From the NCBI GenBank assembly GCA_016194705.1, contig JACQAZ010000038.1:202599-266598 (forward strand): a DNA stretch of 64,000 nt, read 5' to 3'. The notes under the pieces are model-generated. The model made no database searches, had not been told where the DNA came from, and saw only the letters and a program-made list of their open reading frames with translations. This DNA comes from Elusimicrobiota bacterium (lineage in GTDB: Bacteria > Elusimicrobiota > Elusimicrobia > UBA1565 > UBA9628). Numbering within the stretch: position 1 is the stretch's first letter; every line of letters begins with the position of its first letter. This document shows, one piece after another, positions 1 through 8,573 of the stretch. A program made the position numbers and the translations under genes.

Positions 1-407
1 CCGCCGGCCGCCATGTCGCGCGGACGGAAATCGGCCACGACGGTTATGCCGGTGCGTTCCGCGATGACCGAGGCCTCCCCGATCTGCAGCGTGTTGGCGG
101 GATCTTGGTCGGGACCGTGCCAGACGGTCTGGCCGTGCGAGCCGATGACAGAGGGCTTTTTCCCGCGAGAGATCTTCAGGGCGGCGCGCGCGAACGCCTC
201 TCCGAGCTCCATGTTCAGCCGCGAGAGTTCGGGCGTCGTGAGCTTGGCCGCTCCCAGGACTCTCCCGCGCAGGGCGGCGGAGTAAGGATAGGTCTCGCAG
301 CGCACGACCTCGACGCGCGAGCTCGAGAGGCGGATCAGCGCCGCGGTCACGCCGTCGGCGGAAGTGCCGGACATCAGTCCGACGGCCAGCGTTTTCATCA
401 CGGTCAT
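1..407 (-). CDS. anmK: anhydro-N-acetylmuramic acid kinase, N-terminal part (gene runs off the window start)
   Basis: Reverse-complement translation from ATG at 407 gives MTVMKTLAVGLMSGTSADGVTAALI...GSHGQTVWHGP...ADFRPRDMAAGG. These are the typical AnmK N-terminal motifs (GLMSGTSxDG, GSHGQTV, DFRxxDxAxGG). No stop codon before position 1, so the ORF track did not list it. Confidence 0.7.
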   Translation of the reverse strand, partial: MTVMKTLAVGLMSGTSADGVTAALIRLSSSRVEVVRCETYPYSAALRGRVLGAAKLTTPELSRLNMELGEAFARAALKISRGKKPSVIGSHGQTVWHGPDQDPANTLQIGEASVIAERTGITVVADFRPRDMAAG

Positions 408-437
408 TATAGCTTTGACCCGGCGCGCTATCAATGC

Positions 438-800
438 GTGCTGGTCCACAACACCATCGACCCGGCGACGGGGCGCAGCGTCGTGATCGCGGGCGCAACC
501 ATCGAGAAGGTCGTGACCTTGGGAGACGGACCCATCGAAGGTCTCTTGAGAGGCGAGACGAGCCTCGAGAACGCTCTTTCGAAGCTCGATGTCGCCATCG
601 CCGTCTACGACAAGCTCCACATCGAGACCATCAAGATCGCCTACACCAACACTTTTCCCAACGGCGAGAAGGCGCTCAGCAAGCTCGAAGGGGGGTTTAG
701 CGTCGGCGCTGTGGGCGGCGAGCTCCCGGCGCAGGGAGTCATCAACGGCAGGGAAGTCAGGGGCATCGGCTTCCGCTGCAGCAAGATGAAGGACCAGTGA
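438..800 (+). CDS. hypothetical small protein (possible GTG start)
   Basis: Non-repetitive 3' part of ORF 105..800 (VLVHNTIDPATGRSVVIAGATIEKVVTLGDG...KMKDQ). It fills the gap between anmK and comEC. No recognisable domain. Confidence 0.25.
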   Translation: MLVHNTIDPATGRSVVIAGATIEKVVTLGDGPIEGLLRGETSLENALSKLDVAIAVYDKLHIETIKIAYTNTFPNGEKALSKLEGGFSVGAVGGELPAQGVINGREVRGIGFRCSKMKDQ

Positions 801-861
801 GTTCTCGTCGGTAGAACTGAAGCGGAGGGAACAAAGGGCACCCCTCAATCGTATATATAAT

Positions 862-2583
862 GTGCCCCTACGTTATCTGCGCAGGCCCCTGTTCTGGGTC
901 TTGGTGATCTACATGTCGTCCTTGGCGGCCCTGAGCCGTTGGGGCTTCTTTCGTCTGCCGTTCCCGCGGGAGGGGCGCGACTGGGTCAGGGCGTCGGAGG
1001 TTCGCCTGGCGGGAATCGTCGTCTCACCGCGGCGCCAGGACCTGCGCGGGGTCAAACTCGTCTTGTCCGGCGCCGCCATCGAAGGCCGGCCCCTGGGCTC
1101 CAAGGTCATCGCGTACCTTCGGCCGGAGGCCGTTTCCGACGCGATACGCCCTGGACTCAGGCTCGCCGTCCTTGGACGCCTGCGTCGGCCGCGGCTGCCG
1201 CGCAACCCGGGCGACTTCGACGAACGGGCGTTTCTTTCGGACCGGGGCATCGGCTGGGCGCTCCACGCGCGGGTCGTTGAGATTCTTCCGTCCCCAGTCC
1301 CGGCGCTCACGCGGCCCGTTTTCTGGGCCGAGGGCGCGCGCCTCTCCGTGCAGCGGGCCTTCGAGAAATGGCTTGACCCCGTTGACTCGAAGCTCATGAC
1401 CGGCTTTTGTCTCGGCTACAAAGGCTCCTTGCCCCGGGAGCTCAATCGCGCGATCCAGGACGCGGGGGCCATCCACCTTCTCGTGCCCTCTGGAGCCAAG
1501 GTCGCCTTCGTCCTGCTGGCGGTCGCGTTTATCGCGGCAAGGTTCTCGTGTCCCGTTTGGCTGAGGCTCTTGGCCGCGGCTTTGAGCGGCGGCTTCTACG
1601 TGCTCATGGTCGGCGCGGAGCCGCCCTACGCGCGGGCGTACCTCGGCGCCATGGCGCTGGGCTTGGGGTTCTGGCGTGACCGGGAGTCGGGGGCATTTCA
1701 GGCGACCGTGCTCTCGGCCCTTCTGATCCTTCTCGCCGAGCCGCGCGCGCTGTTCTCGGCGGGTTTCCAGATGACTTACGCGGCCATGGCCGGGCTTCTG
1801 GTTGCCATGCCGCAGGTCAACGCGGCCTTGCCTGGAAACTGGCCCAAGACCCTGCGGGGACTTCTCTGCGTCTTGTCAGTGACTTTCATCGTGCAGCTCA
1901 TATTGTGGCCGATCTTCGCGAACCTCTTCGGCCGAGCGGCGTTTCTGGGGGCTTCGGCCAATCTGCCGTTGGTCCCGTTTTCCGGAGTCATCCTGGCCTC
2001 CGGCTTCGCGTTCTGGGGGCTCTCCTTCGTCGGCCCGGGCTTCATCCTCCACCGCGCCGCGCAGTGCCTGGAACTTCTTCTTGCGATCTTTCGATGGACC
2101 TGCTTCAAGGCCGCTTCCCTCCCATGGGCGGCGGTCGAGTTGTCGCCGATGACTGCGTCGGAGATCGCGGCTTACTATCTTTGCGCCGCCGCGTTGCTCG
2201 TCCTTCCGCGCCGCACGGCCGCGAGGTTTTCAACGGCTCCGTTGCGCGTCGTGTACCTTTCTCTGCCGAAGCATTCCGTCGCGGTCGCCTTCCTTCATGG
2301 ACAGACCTGGCTGATCGGTCCTGAATCGCCGACCGCTCCGGTCCGGAAGGCCTTAAAGGCCCTGCGCGTTCGCCATTTGGACCGGACGGTCGATATTACG
2401 GACAATCCCGGCTTCTCGGTCTGCGAGGGCGAGGTCTGCCTCTTGTTCGATCCTCCCCGCGTCCGGCGGGGGTCGGAGGAATTTAGTATAATCGAGCCTC
2501 GCCTCGCGCGTTCCGCCGTCGAGGCGTCTACCGATGGGACTAGAATCGAAGTCAAAAGCGCGGTCGCAGGAGCATTCCATTAA
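862..2583 (+). CDS. comEC: ComEC/Rec2-family DNA internalisation channel protein (no MBL domain)
   Basis: 573-aa polytopic membrane protein. It carries the competence-domain signature IHLLVPSGAKVAF (SG-LH type) and many TM helices. Confidence 0.65.
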   Translation: MPLRYLRRPLFWVLVIYMSSLAALSRWGFFRLPFPREGRDWVRASEVRLAGIVVSPRRQDLRGVKLVLSGAAIEGRPLGSKVIAYLRPEAVSDAIRPGLRLAVLGRLRRPRLPRNPGDFDERAFLSDRGIGWALHARVVEILPSPVPALTRPVFWAEGARLSVQRAFEKWLDPVDSKLMTGFCLGYKGSLPRELNRAIQDAGAIHLLVPSGAKVAFVLLAVAFIAARFSCPVWLRLLAAALSGGFYVLMVGAEPPYARAYLGAMALGLGFWRDRESGAFQATVLSALLILLAEPRALFSAGFQMTYAAMAGLLVAMPQVNAALPGNWPKTLRGLLCVLSVTFIVQLILWPIFANLFGRAAFLGASANLPLVPFSGVILASGFAFWGLSFVGPGFILHRAAQCLELLLAIFRWTCFKAASLPWAAVELSPMTASEIAAYYLCAAALLVLPRRTAARFSTAPLRVVYLSLPKHSVAVAFLHGQTWLIGPESPTAPVRKALKALRVRHLDRTVDITDNPGFSVCEGEVCLLFDPPRVRRGSEEFSIIEPRLARSAVEASTDGTRIEVKSAVAGAFH

Positions 2584-3418
2584 CTCCGCGGTCCTTTTCT
2601 ACAACGCCTCCAAGCCCGAGGCCGTGCGCATGATGAAGATCGTCATGACGGCCCTCAAGAAGCGCGGCGTGCGCGTCTGGCTAGGACAGTCGGGCTCGAT
2701 CCGCGAGAAGCTGCGTCTGGCCGACATCGCGGTCGCGCTCGGCGGCGACGGCACCATGCTGCACGCGGCGCGCATACTCGCCCCGCACTCGATTCCTCTG
2801 CTGGGCGTCAATTCGGGAGGCCTGGGCTTTCTCTCGGGCACCGACGCCTCGGAGTTCAACCGCGACTGCGACGCGATCTTGAGCGGCAAGTTCATGCTCG
2901 AGGAGCGCTGGATGATCTCGGTGGAGGCCTACCGCGGCAAGCGCCGCCTCTTCGGGCCCAACATCGCGCTCAACGACGTCGTCATCCGCTGCGGCGACCA
3001 GGCGCGCGCGATCTCGCTGCACGTCAAGTCCGCGTCTCTCTTCGTCGCCGACTACTTCGGCGACGGGCTCATCGTCTCGACGCCGACGGGCTCGACCGCC
3101 TACAATCTCGCGGCCTCGGGCCCGATCGTCGACCCCAGCCTCGACGTTCTGCTCCTGGCGCCCATCTGCCCCCACACCTTGACCCAGCGGCCCCTGATCA
3201 TCCCGGTCGAGGACCCGCTGACCATCGAGCTGACCACGCGCCGGGCCCACGAGGTGCCGCGCGTACTCCTGTCCTTGGACGGCCAGCTCGGCTGCGCGCT
3301 CAAGGTCGGCGACGAGGTCCGCATCACGCGCTACGAGAAGCCCTTCAAGCTGCTGCTCAACCCCAAGCGGTCCTATTACGAGGTCCTGCGCCGCAAGCTC
3401 AAGTGGGGGGAAAGATAA
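2534..3418 (+). CDS. nadK: NAD(+) kinase
   Basis: GGDGTML motif, NSGGLGFL, and GSTAYNLAASGPIV. The N-terminus (KPEAV...KKRGVRV) matches PpnK/NadK. Confidence 0.85.
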   Translation: MGLESKSKARSQEHSINSAVLFYNASKPEAVRMMKIVMTALKKRGVRVWLGQSGSIREKLRLADIAVALGGDGTMLHAARILAPHSIPLLGVNSGGLGFLSGTDASEFNRDCDAILSGKFMLEERWMISVEAYRGKRRLFGPNIALNDVVIRCGDQARAISLHVKSASLFVADYFGDGLIVSTPTGSTAYNLAASGPIVDPSLDVLLLAPICPHTLTQRPLIIPVEDPLTIELTTRRAHEVPRVLLSLDGQLGCALKVGDEVRITRYEKPFKLLLNPKRSYYEVLRRKLKWGER

Positions 3419-3419
3419 T

Positions 3420-5078
3420 ATGCTGCGCGAGCTCTCCATCAAGAATTTCGCGATCATCGAGAACGAGACTCTGCGCCTGGGCGAGGGCCTCAACGTGCTG
3501 ACCGGCGAGACGGGCGCGGGCAAATCGATCATGATCGAGGCCCTGGGCTTCCTGCTCGGCGACCGGGGATCGTCGTCATGGCTGAGGTCGGGGACCGACC
3601 GCCTCGAGGTCGGCGCGGTCTTCGACGCGAAGGATTTTCCCAAGGAGATCCGCTCCCAGTTCAAGATCACCCTGCCCACGGTCATGATCCGCCGCGAGCT
3701 CGACGCTTCGGGCAAGACGCGCGCGATCATCAACTCCCAATCGGCCCCGGTCTCGGCCCTGGCGTCCTTGGGCGAGGGCCTCGTCGATTTTCACGGCCAG
3801 CACGAACACCAGACCTTGGTCAGGCCCTCGGCCCAGCTCGAGCTCCTGGACGGCTTCGGCGGTCTCGCTGATGAGCTTGACGCCGCGCGGACCCGCTTCG
3901 AGACCTGGTCGCGCCTGCGCTCCGAGCTCGAATCGGCCTCGATGTCCGACGAGGAGAGGCGCAAGCGCGTGGAGCTGGCGCGCTGGCAGCTTCAGGAACT
4001 GACCGAGGCCAAGCTTAAAGTCGGGGAGGACGAGGAGCTCGAAGCCGCCCTCCCTCGGCTCAAAAACGCCGAGCGCCTGCGCGCGATGGCCGGCGGCGCC
4101 TACGAGCTGCTCTACGGCCAGGAGGGCTCGATCCTCGGCGGCTTGCTCAAGGCCGAGCGCGCCTTGGCCGAGCTCTCCAAGATCGACGAGTCGATGCGGC
4201 CGGCCCATGACGAGCTCGAGAGCGCGCGGCTCTCGCTCGAGGACATCTCGCACCGCTTGGGCGACTATCACGACAAGCTGGGCGCCGACCCGAGCCGATT
4301 GGACGCCATCCTCTCGCGCCAGGACGCCCTCTCGCGGCTCAAGAAGAAGTACGGCCCGAGCGTCGACGAGCTTATCGCGGCCCGCGAGCGCGCGGCCGCC
4401 GAGGTCGCGCGCCTCGAGAACTCTCAGGAAAGCCTCAAGGAGCTCGAAGAAAAGCTCGCGCAAGCGCAAAAGGGGCTCGACGCCGCGTGCGAGGCCCTGC
4501 ACAAGGCTCGCGTCAAAGCGGCCAAGTCGCTCGAAGCCAAGCTCCTCAAGGAGCTCAAGATGCTGGGCATGGCCTCGGCGCGGTTCTCGGTCTCGGTCGA
4601 GCTCGAGGAAGGCCGCTACACGCGCTTGGGCGGCGACAGCGTCGAGTTCATGCTGGCGGCCAATCCCGGCGAGCAGATGCGGCGCCTCTCGGCGGTGGCC
4701 TCCGGCGGCGAGCTCTCTCGCGTCATGCTCGCCCTAAAGACCGTGCTCGCCTCGGCCGATCGCGTCCCCGTGCTCGTCTTCGACGAGGTCGACGCCGGCA
4801 TCGGCGGGACCGTCGCGCGCGCGGTGGGCCAGAAGCTGGCGAACCTCGGGCAGAGCCGCCAGGTGCTCTGCGTCACCCATCTGCCGCAGGTCGCCTGCTT
4901 CGGGCGCGAGCACTTCCAGGTCATGAAGGAAGTCGCGGGAGGACGCACGAAGGTCGGCGTCACGCGCCTCGACGGCAAGACGCGCCTCGAGGCGATCGCT
5001 TTGATGCTCGGCGGCCGCGAGGCGACGCCGGCTTCCCGCAAGCACGCCCAGGAACTGCTGGAGAGCTCGACGCAATGA
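3420..5078 (+). CDS. recN: DNA repair protein RecN
   Basis: N-terminus MLRELSIKNFAIIE...GETGAGKSIMIEAL (SMC-like Walker A), long coiled-coil middle, and a C-terminal signature/Walker B region. 552 aa. Confidence 0.9.
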   Translation: MLRELSIKNFAIIENETLRLGEGLNVLTGETGAGKSIMIEALGFLLGDRGSSSWLRSGTDRLEVGAVFDAKDFPKEIRSQFKITLPTVMIRRELDASGKTRAIINSQSAPVSALASLGEGLVDFHGQHEHQTLVRPSAQLELLDGFGGLADELDAARTRFETWSRLRSELESASMSDEERRKRVELARWQLQELTEAKLKVGEDEELEAALPRLKNAERLRAMAGGAYELLYGQEGSILGGLLKAERALAELSKIDESMRPAHDELESARLSLEDISHRLGDYHDKLGADPSRLDAILSRQDALSRLKKKYGPSVDELIAARERAAAEVARLENSQESLKELEEKLAQAQKGLDAACEALHKARVKAAKSLEAKLLKELKMLGMASARFSVSVELEEGRYTRLGGDSVEFMLAANPGEQMRRLSAVASGGELSRVMLALKTVLASADRVPVLVFDEVDAGIGGTVARAVGQKLANLGQSRQVLCVTHLPQVACFGREHFQVMKEVAGGRTKVGVTRLDGKTRLEAIALMLGGREATPASRKHAQELLESSTQ

Positions 5079-6532
5079 CCCAAAAGGTCCGGACCCGCTT
5101 CGCTCCCTCGCCGACGGGCTTCCTCCACATCGGAGGGGCCCGGACGACCTTGTTCAACTGGCTCTTCGCGCGCCACCACGGCGGCCAGTTCATCCTGCGC
5201 ATCGAGGACACAGACGAGGTCCGCTCGACCGAGGATTCCGTGCAGGCCATCCTCGACTCGATTTCCTGGCTCGGCCTGGACTGGGACGAAGGCCCACTCA
5301 CCTTGAATCGGGAGAAGGGTCCTCATCAGTCGTATTTCCAGATGAAGCGGGTGGACCTTTACAAAAAGCATATCGGAGACCTTCTAAAGGAAGGGAAGGC
5401 GTATCCCTGCTATTGCACCAAGGACGAGATCGAGGCGATGCGAAGGCTCGCCCAGCTCGAAAAGCGGCCCCCGCGCTACGACGGTCGCTGCCGGAACTTG
5501 AGCGCCCAGCAGAAAAAGGACCATGAGGCTTCGGGAAAGCCCTTCTCGATTCGCTTCCGCATGCCCGACGACGGGACCACGATAGTCGACGACCTGATCC
5601 GGGGCAAGGTCGAGTTCGAGAACAAGCTCCAGCAGGACCTCGTCATACAGAAGACCACCGGGGGCCCGACCTACAACTTCGCCTGTGTCGTCGACGATCA
5701 CCTCATGGAGATGTCGCACGTCATCCGCGGCGACGAGCATCTCTCGAATACGCCCTCGCAGGTCCAGATGTACTACGCCTTGGGCTGGACGCCGCCGCAG
5801 TTCGCCCACCTCTCGATGATCCTCGGCCCCGACGGGGCCAAGCTCTCGAAGCGCCACGGCGCGACCTCGGTGCTCGAGTACAAGCAGCAAGGGTACCTGC
5901 CCGAGGTCATGCGCAACTACCTCGCGCTCTTGGGCTGGGCGACCACGGACTCGCAGCAGATCTTCGCCCCGGATGAGCTCGTTGCGAAGTTCGACTTGGC
6001 CGGGTGCCAGAAGCATCCCGCGACCTTCGACACGATCAAGCTCAACTGGATGAACGGGGAATACATCCGAAAGACCCCGGTGCCCGAGCTCATCGAGCTC
6101 GCCAGGCCCTTCATCGAGTCGTCGGGCCTCAAGATCAACGGCGGGCCGGCGCTCGAGAAAACCGTCGCGCTCGAGCACGAGAAGTACAAGCTGCTCTCCG
6201 AGGTGCCTGGCCTCATCGACTTCTTCTACAAGCCGGTCGAATTCACGCCGAAGGCGATGGACAAGGTGCTCAAGTCCCCGGGCGTCAAGGACGTGCTGCT
6301 CGGCCTGGCCGAGGACCTCAAGGACTTTTCCCCGTTCGAGGATAAGGCCCTCGAGGAGCGCATACGCAAGTTCTGCGCCGAGCGGAGCTTGAAGGCCGGC
6401 CAGGTCTTCCACCCCCTGCGCGCGGCGTGCTCCGGCCGCACCGAGGGCCCCACGCTGTTCCTGATGCTCGAAATCCTCGGGCGCGCCGAGGTCCTAGCCC
6501 GTCTCAAGGCCGCCGCCGCGCGGCTCAACTAA
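5076..6532 (+). CDS. gltX: glutamate--tRNA ligase
   Basis: MTQKVRTRFAPSPTGFLHIGGARTTLFNWLFAR (HIGH motif) and KLSKRHG (KMSKS). The internal start lies within ORF 4487..6532, directly after the recN stop. Confidence 0.9.
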
Positions 6533-6556
6533 GAGGGTATTTTCCCCTAGGACTCT

Positions 6557-7114
6557 TTGGGCCTTGCGCAATTCCCGGAACTGATATACCATGAGGTTTA
6601 TCGAGAAACGCTCCCCGAGGCTCCCATGAAAAAGAAAACCGCCGTCCGGAAGACATCGGCCCGCAAGCACCCCTCACGCGCCAAGGCCGGCCCGTCGCTG
6701 CGGCTCGGCTCGGTCCGCAAGACCCTCTTGGCGATGCGCGACGACCTCATGAAGACGGTGCGCAAGCAGCAGATCTCCGAGAGCGCCATGCAGGACACCG
6801 GCGACTCCGTCGACGAGGCCAGCCGCTCGATCGAGAAGGAGCTGCTGTTCGAGCTCTCCGACAACGAGCGCGTCAATCTCGACCAGATCGAGGCCGCCCT
6901 GCGCAAGATCGACAAGGGCACCTACGGCCTCTGCTAGTCGTGTCAGATCCAGATCGCCAGGGCGCGCCTGAGCGCCCTGCCCTTCGCGCGCTACTGCATC
7001 GAATGCCAGAGCTCCTCGGAGACGGCCCCCGAGCTCGTGGAGACGCCGGCCGAGTTTCGCGGCTTCGGCGGGGGCGCCGGCGGCGAAGAGGGCGGCGGCG
7101 CCTTCGAGCGGTAG
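6557..7114 (+). pseudogene. DksA/TraR-family C4 zinc-finger transcription factor, reading frame interrupted by an in-frame TAG at 6935-6937
   Basis: The listed ORF 6557..6937 ends ...DKGTYGLC*. The same frame continues SCQIQIARARLSALPFARYCIECQ... to a TAG at 7112-7114. Together this is a complete DksA-type CxxC-(17)-CxxC finger with the stop sitting where DksA has Glu (CESC). The true start may be the MKKK at 6624. Confidence 0.6.
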
Positions 7115-7116
7115 CT

Positions 7117-8508
7117 TTAGGCCCGCACGGGCTTTTCGGCTTCCCAAGCGGCGATGCCGCCCTGCAGGTCGACCGTCTGCTTTCTTCCCGACTTCTCGAC
7201 GAGGCTCGCCGCGACCATCGAGCGGTAGCCGCTGGCGCAGTGGATCACGAGGCGCCCGTTCCTGGGCACCTCGGACAGGCGCCGGGGCAGCTGGTTCAAG
7301 GGGATGTGCAGCGAGCCGGCGATGCGCGAAGACGCCCTCTCGGCGTCGTTGCGCACGTCGAGAATCAGGGGCCTTCGCTGGGACGCCAATTCTTCGCGCA
7401 ACGACCGGGCGTCGACGCGCTCGATGGATGAGACCAGGTCCGCGCGTTTCTCGAGGGCCCGCATGCCTCCCTTCAAGAAGCCGACGACTTGGTCGAAGCC
7501 GATGCGCCCGAGCCTTAAGACCGCCTCCTGCTCGCGCCCGGGCTCCGCGACGACGACCAGCGGCTTTCGCCGGTCGAGCAGGATGCCCGCCCAGCTCGCG
7601 AAGCGTCCGCCCAGGCCGATGTTGACGCTGCCGCGCCAATGCGCGCCCGCGTAATCGGAAGGCTCCCGCGTGTCGAGGCAGACCGCTCCCCCCGCGCGGA
7701 GCTTGAGGGCCGCCGACAAGGTCAGGGGCTTGAGGCTCTTCTTGAGCGCCTTGGGCAAGGTCGGTCTCCTGCTGCGGTTCATCTTCGCGTCGTAGGAGAA
7801 GTAGGCCGGCGCCTCGGGCTGGTCGGCGGTCACGAGCCGGATGAACTCTTCGCGGCTCATCGGCTTCAAGGCGTAGTTGTGCCGCCGCTGGGCTCCGATG
7901 GTGGACACGGTCTCGGAGGAGAGGTTCTTGCCGCACATCGAGCCGGCGCCGTGGGCGGGGTAGACCAAGGTCGCGTCGGGAAGCTCCATGAGCTTCTCAT
8001 GCAGAGAGGCGTAGAGCTCTCTCGCCAGCTCCCGCGCCGTCACCCCGATCGAGGCCATCAGGTCGGGCCGGCCCACGTCGCCGATGAACAAGGTGTCCCC
8101 CGTGAGCACGGCGCGGGGCTTGGTCCGGCTCTTCTTGAGATCGTAGACCAGGATGCAGACGGCCTCGGGCGTGTGACCCGGGGTCTCCATGAACTCGAGC
8201 CTCACATCGCCGAACTCGAGCGCGCCGCCGTCCTTCATCGCCTCGAAGGCGTAGCCGGCCTTGGCGCGCGCGCCCAGGTGGATCGCGGCCTTGGTCTGTT
8301 CTCGCAGCTCGAGATGTCCCGAGATGAAGTCGGCGTGGAAATGGGTGAGGAGGACGTGGCGGATCCGCAGGCCCTTCCGGCGGGCCTCGACCAGGTAGCC
8401 GTCGACGTCGCGCTGAGGATCGACGACGACTGCGGTCTTGGTTTTCTCGTCTGCTATGAGGTAAGAGGCGTGGGAAAGGCAGCCGAGGTAAAATTGTTTC
8501 AAATACAT
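7117..8508 (-). CDS. MBL-fold metallo-hydrolase fused to two rhodanese domains (persulfide dioxygenase-sulfurtransferase, CstB/Blh-like)
   Basis: HFHADFISGH metal-binding motif and a TPGHTPE stretch. The C-terminal region has two rhodanese modules, the last with a catalytic Cys loop (HCASGYRS). Confidence 0.75.
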   Translation of the reverse strand: MYLKQFYLGCLSHASYLIADEKTKTAVVVDPQRDVDGYLVEARRKGLRIRHVLLTHFHADFISGHLELREQTKAAIHLGARAKAGYAFEAMKDGGALEFGDVRLEFMETPGHTPEAVCILVYDLKKSRTKPRAVLTGDTLFIGDVGRPDLMASIGVTARELARELYASLHEKLMELPDATLVYPAHGAGSMCGKNLSSETVSTIGAQRRHNYALKPMSREEFIRLVTADQPEAPAYFSYDAKMNRSRRPTLPKALKKSLKPLTLSAALKLRAGGAVCLDTREPSDYAGAHWRGSVNIGLGGRFASWAGILLDRRKPLVVVAEPGREQEAVLRLGRIGFDQVVGFLKGGMRALEKRADLVSSIERVDARSLREELASQRRPLILDVRNDAERASSRIAGSLHIPLNQLPRRLSEVPRNGRLVIHCASGYRSMVAASLVEKSGRKQTVDLQGGIAAWEAEKPVRA

Positions 8509-8573
8509 GGCTTAATCTAGCATTTCATGCCTTGAAAACGTAACACGGCGGAGATACACTGGGATGAGGCGCC

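Noticed and set aside
6674-7936. 420-aa minus-strand ORF overlapping dksA-like and the MBL-rhodanese gene
   Set aside because: Arg/Ala/Gly/Pro-rich low-complexity translation typical of the wrong frame in high-GC DNA. It overlaps two motif-supported genes.
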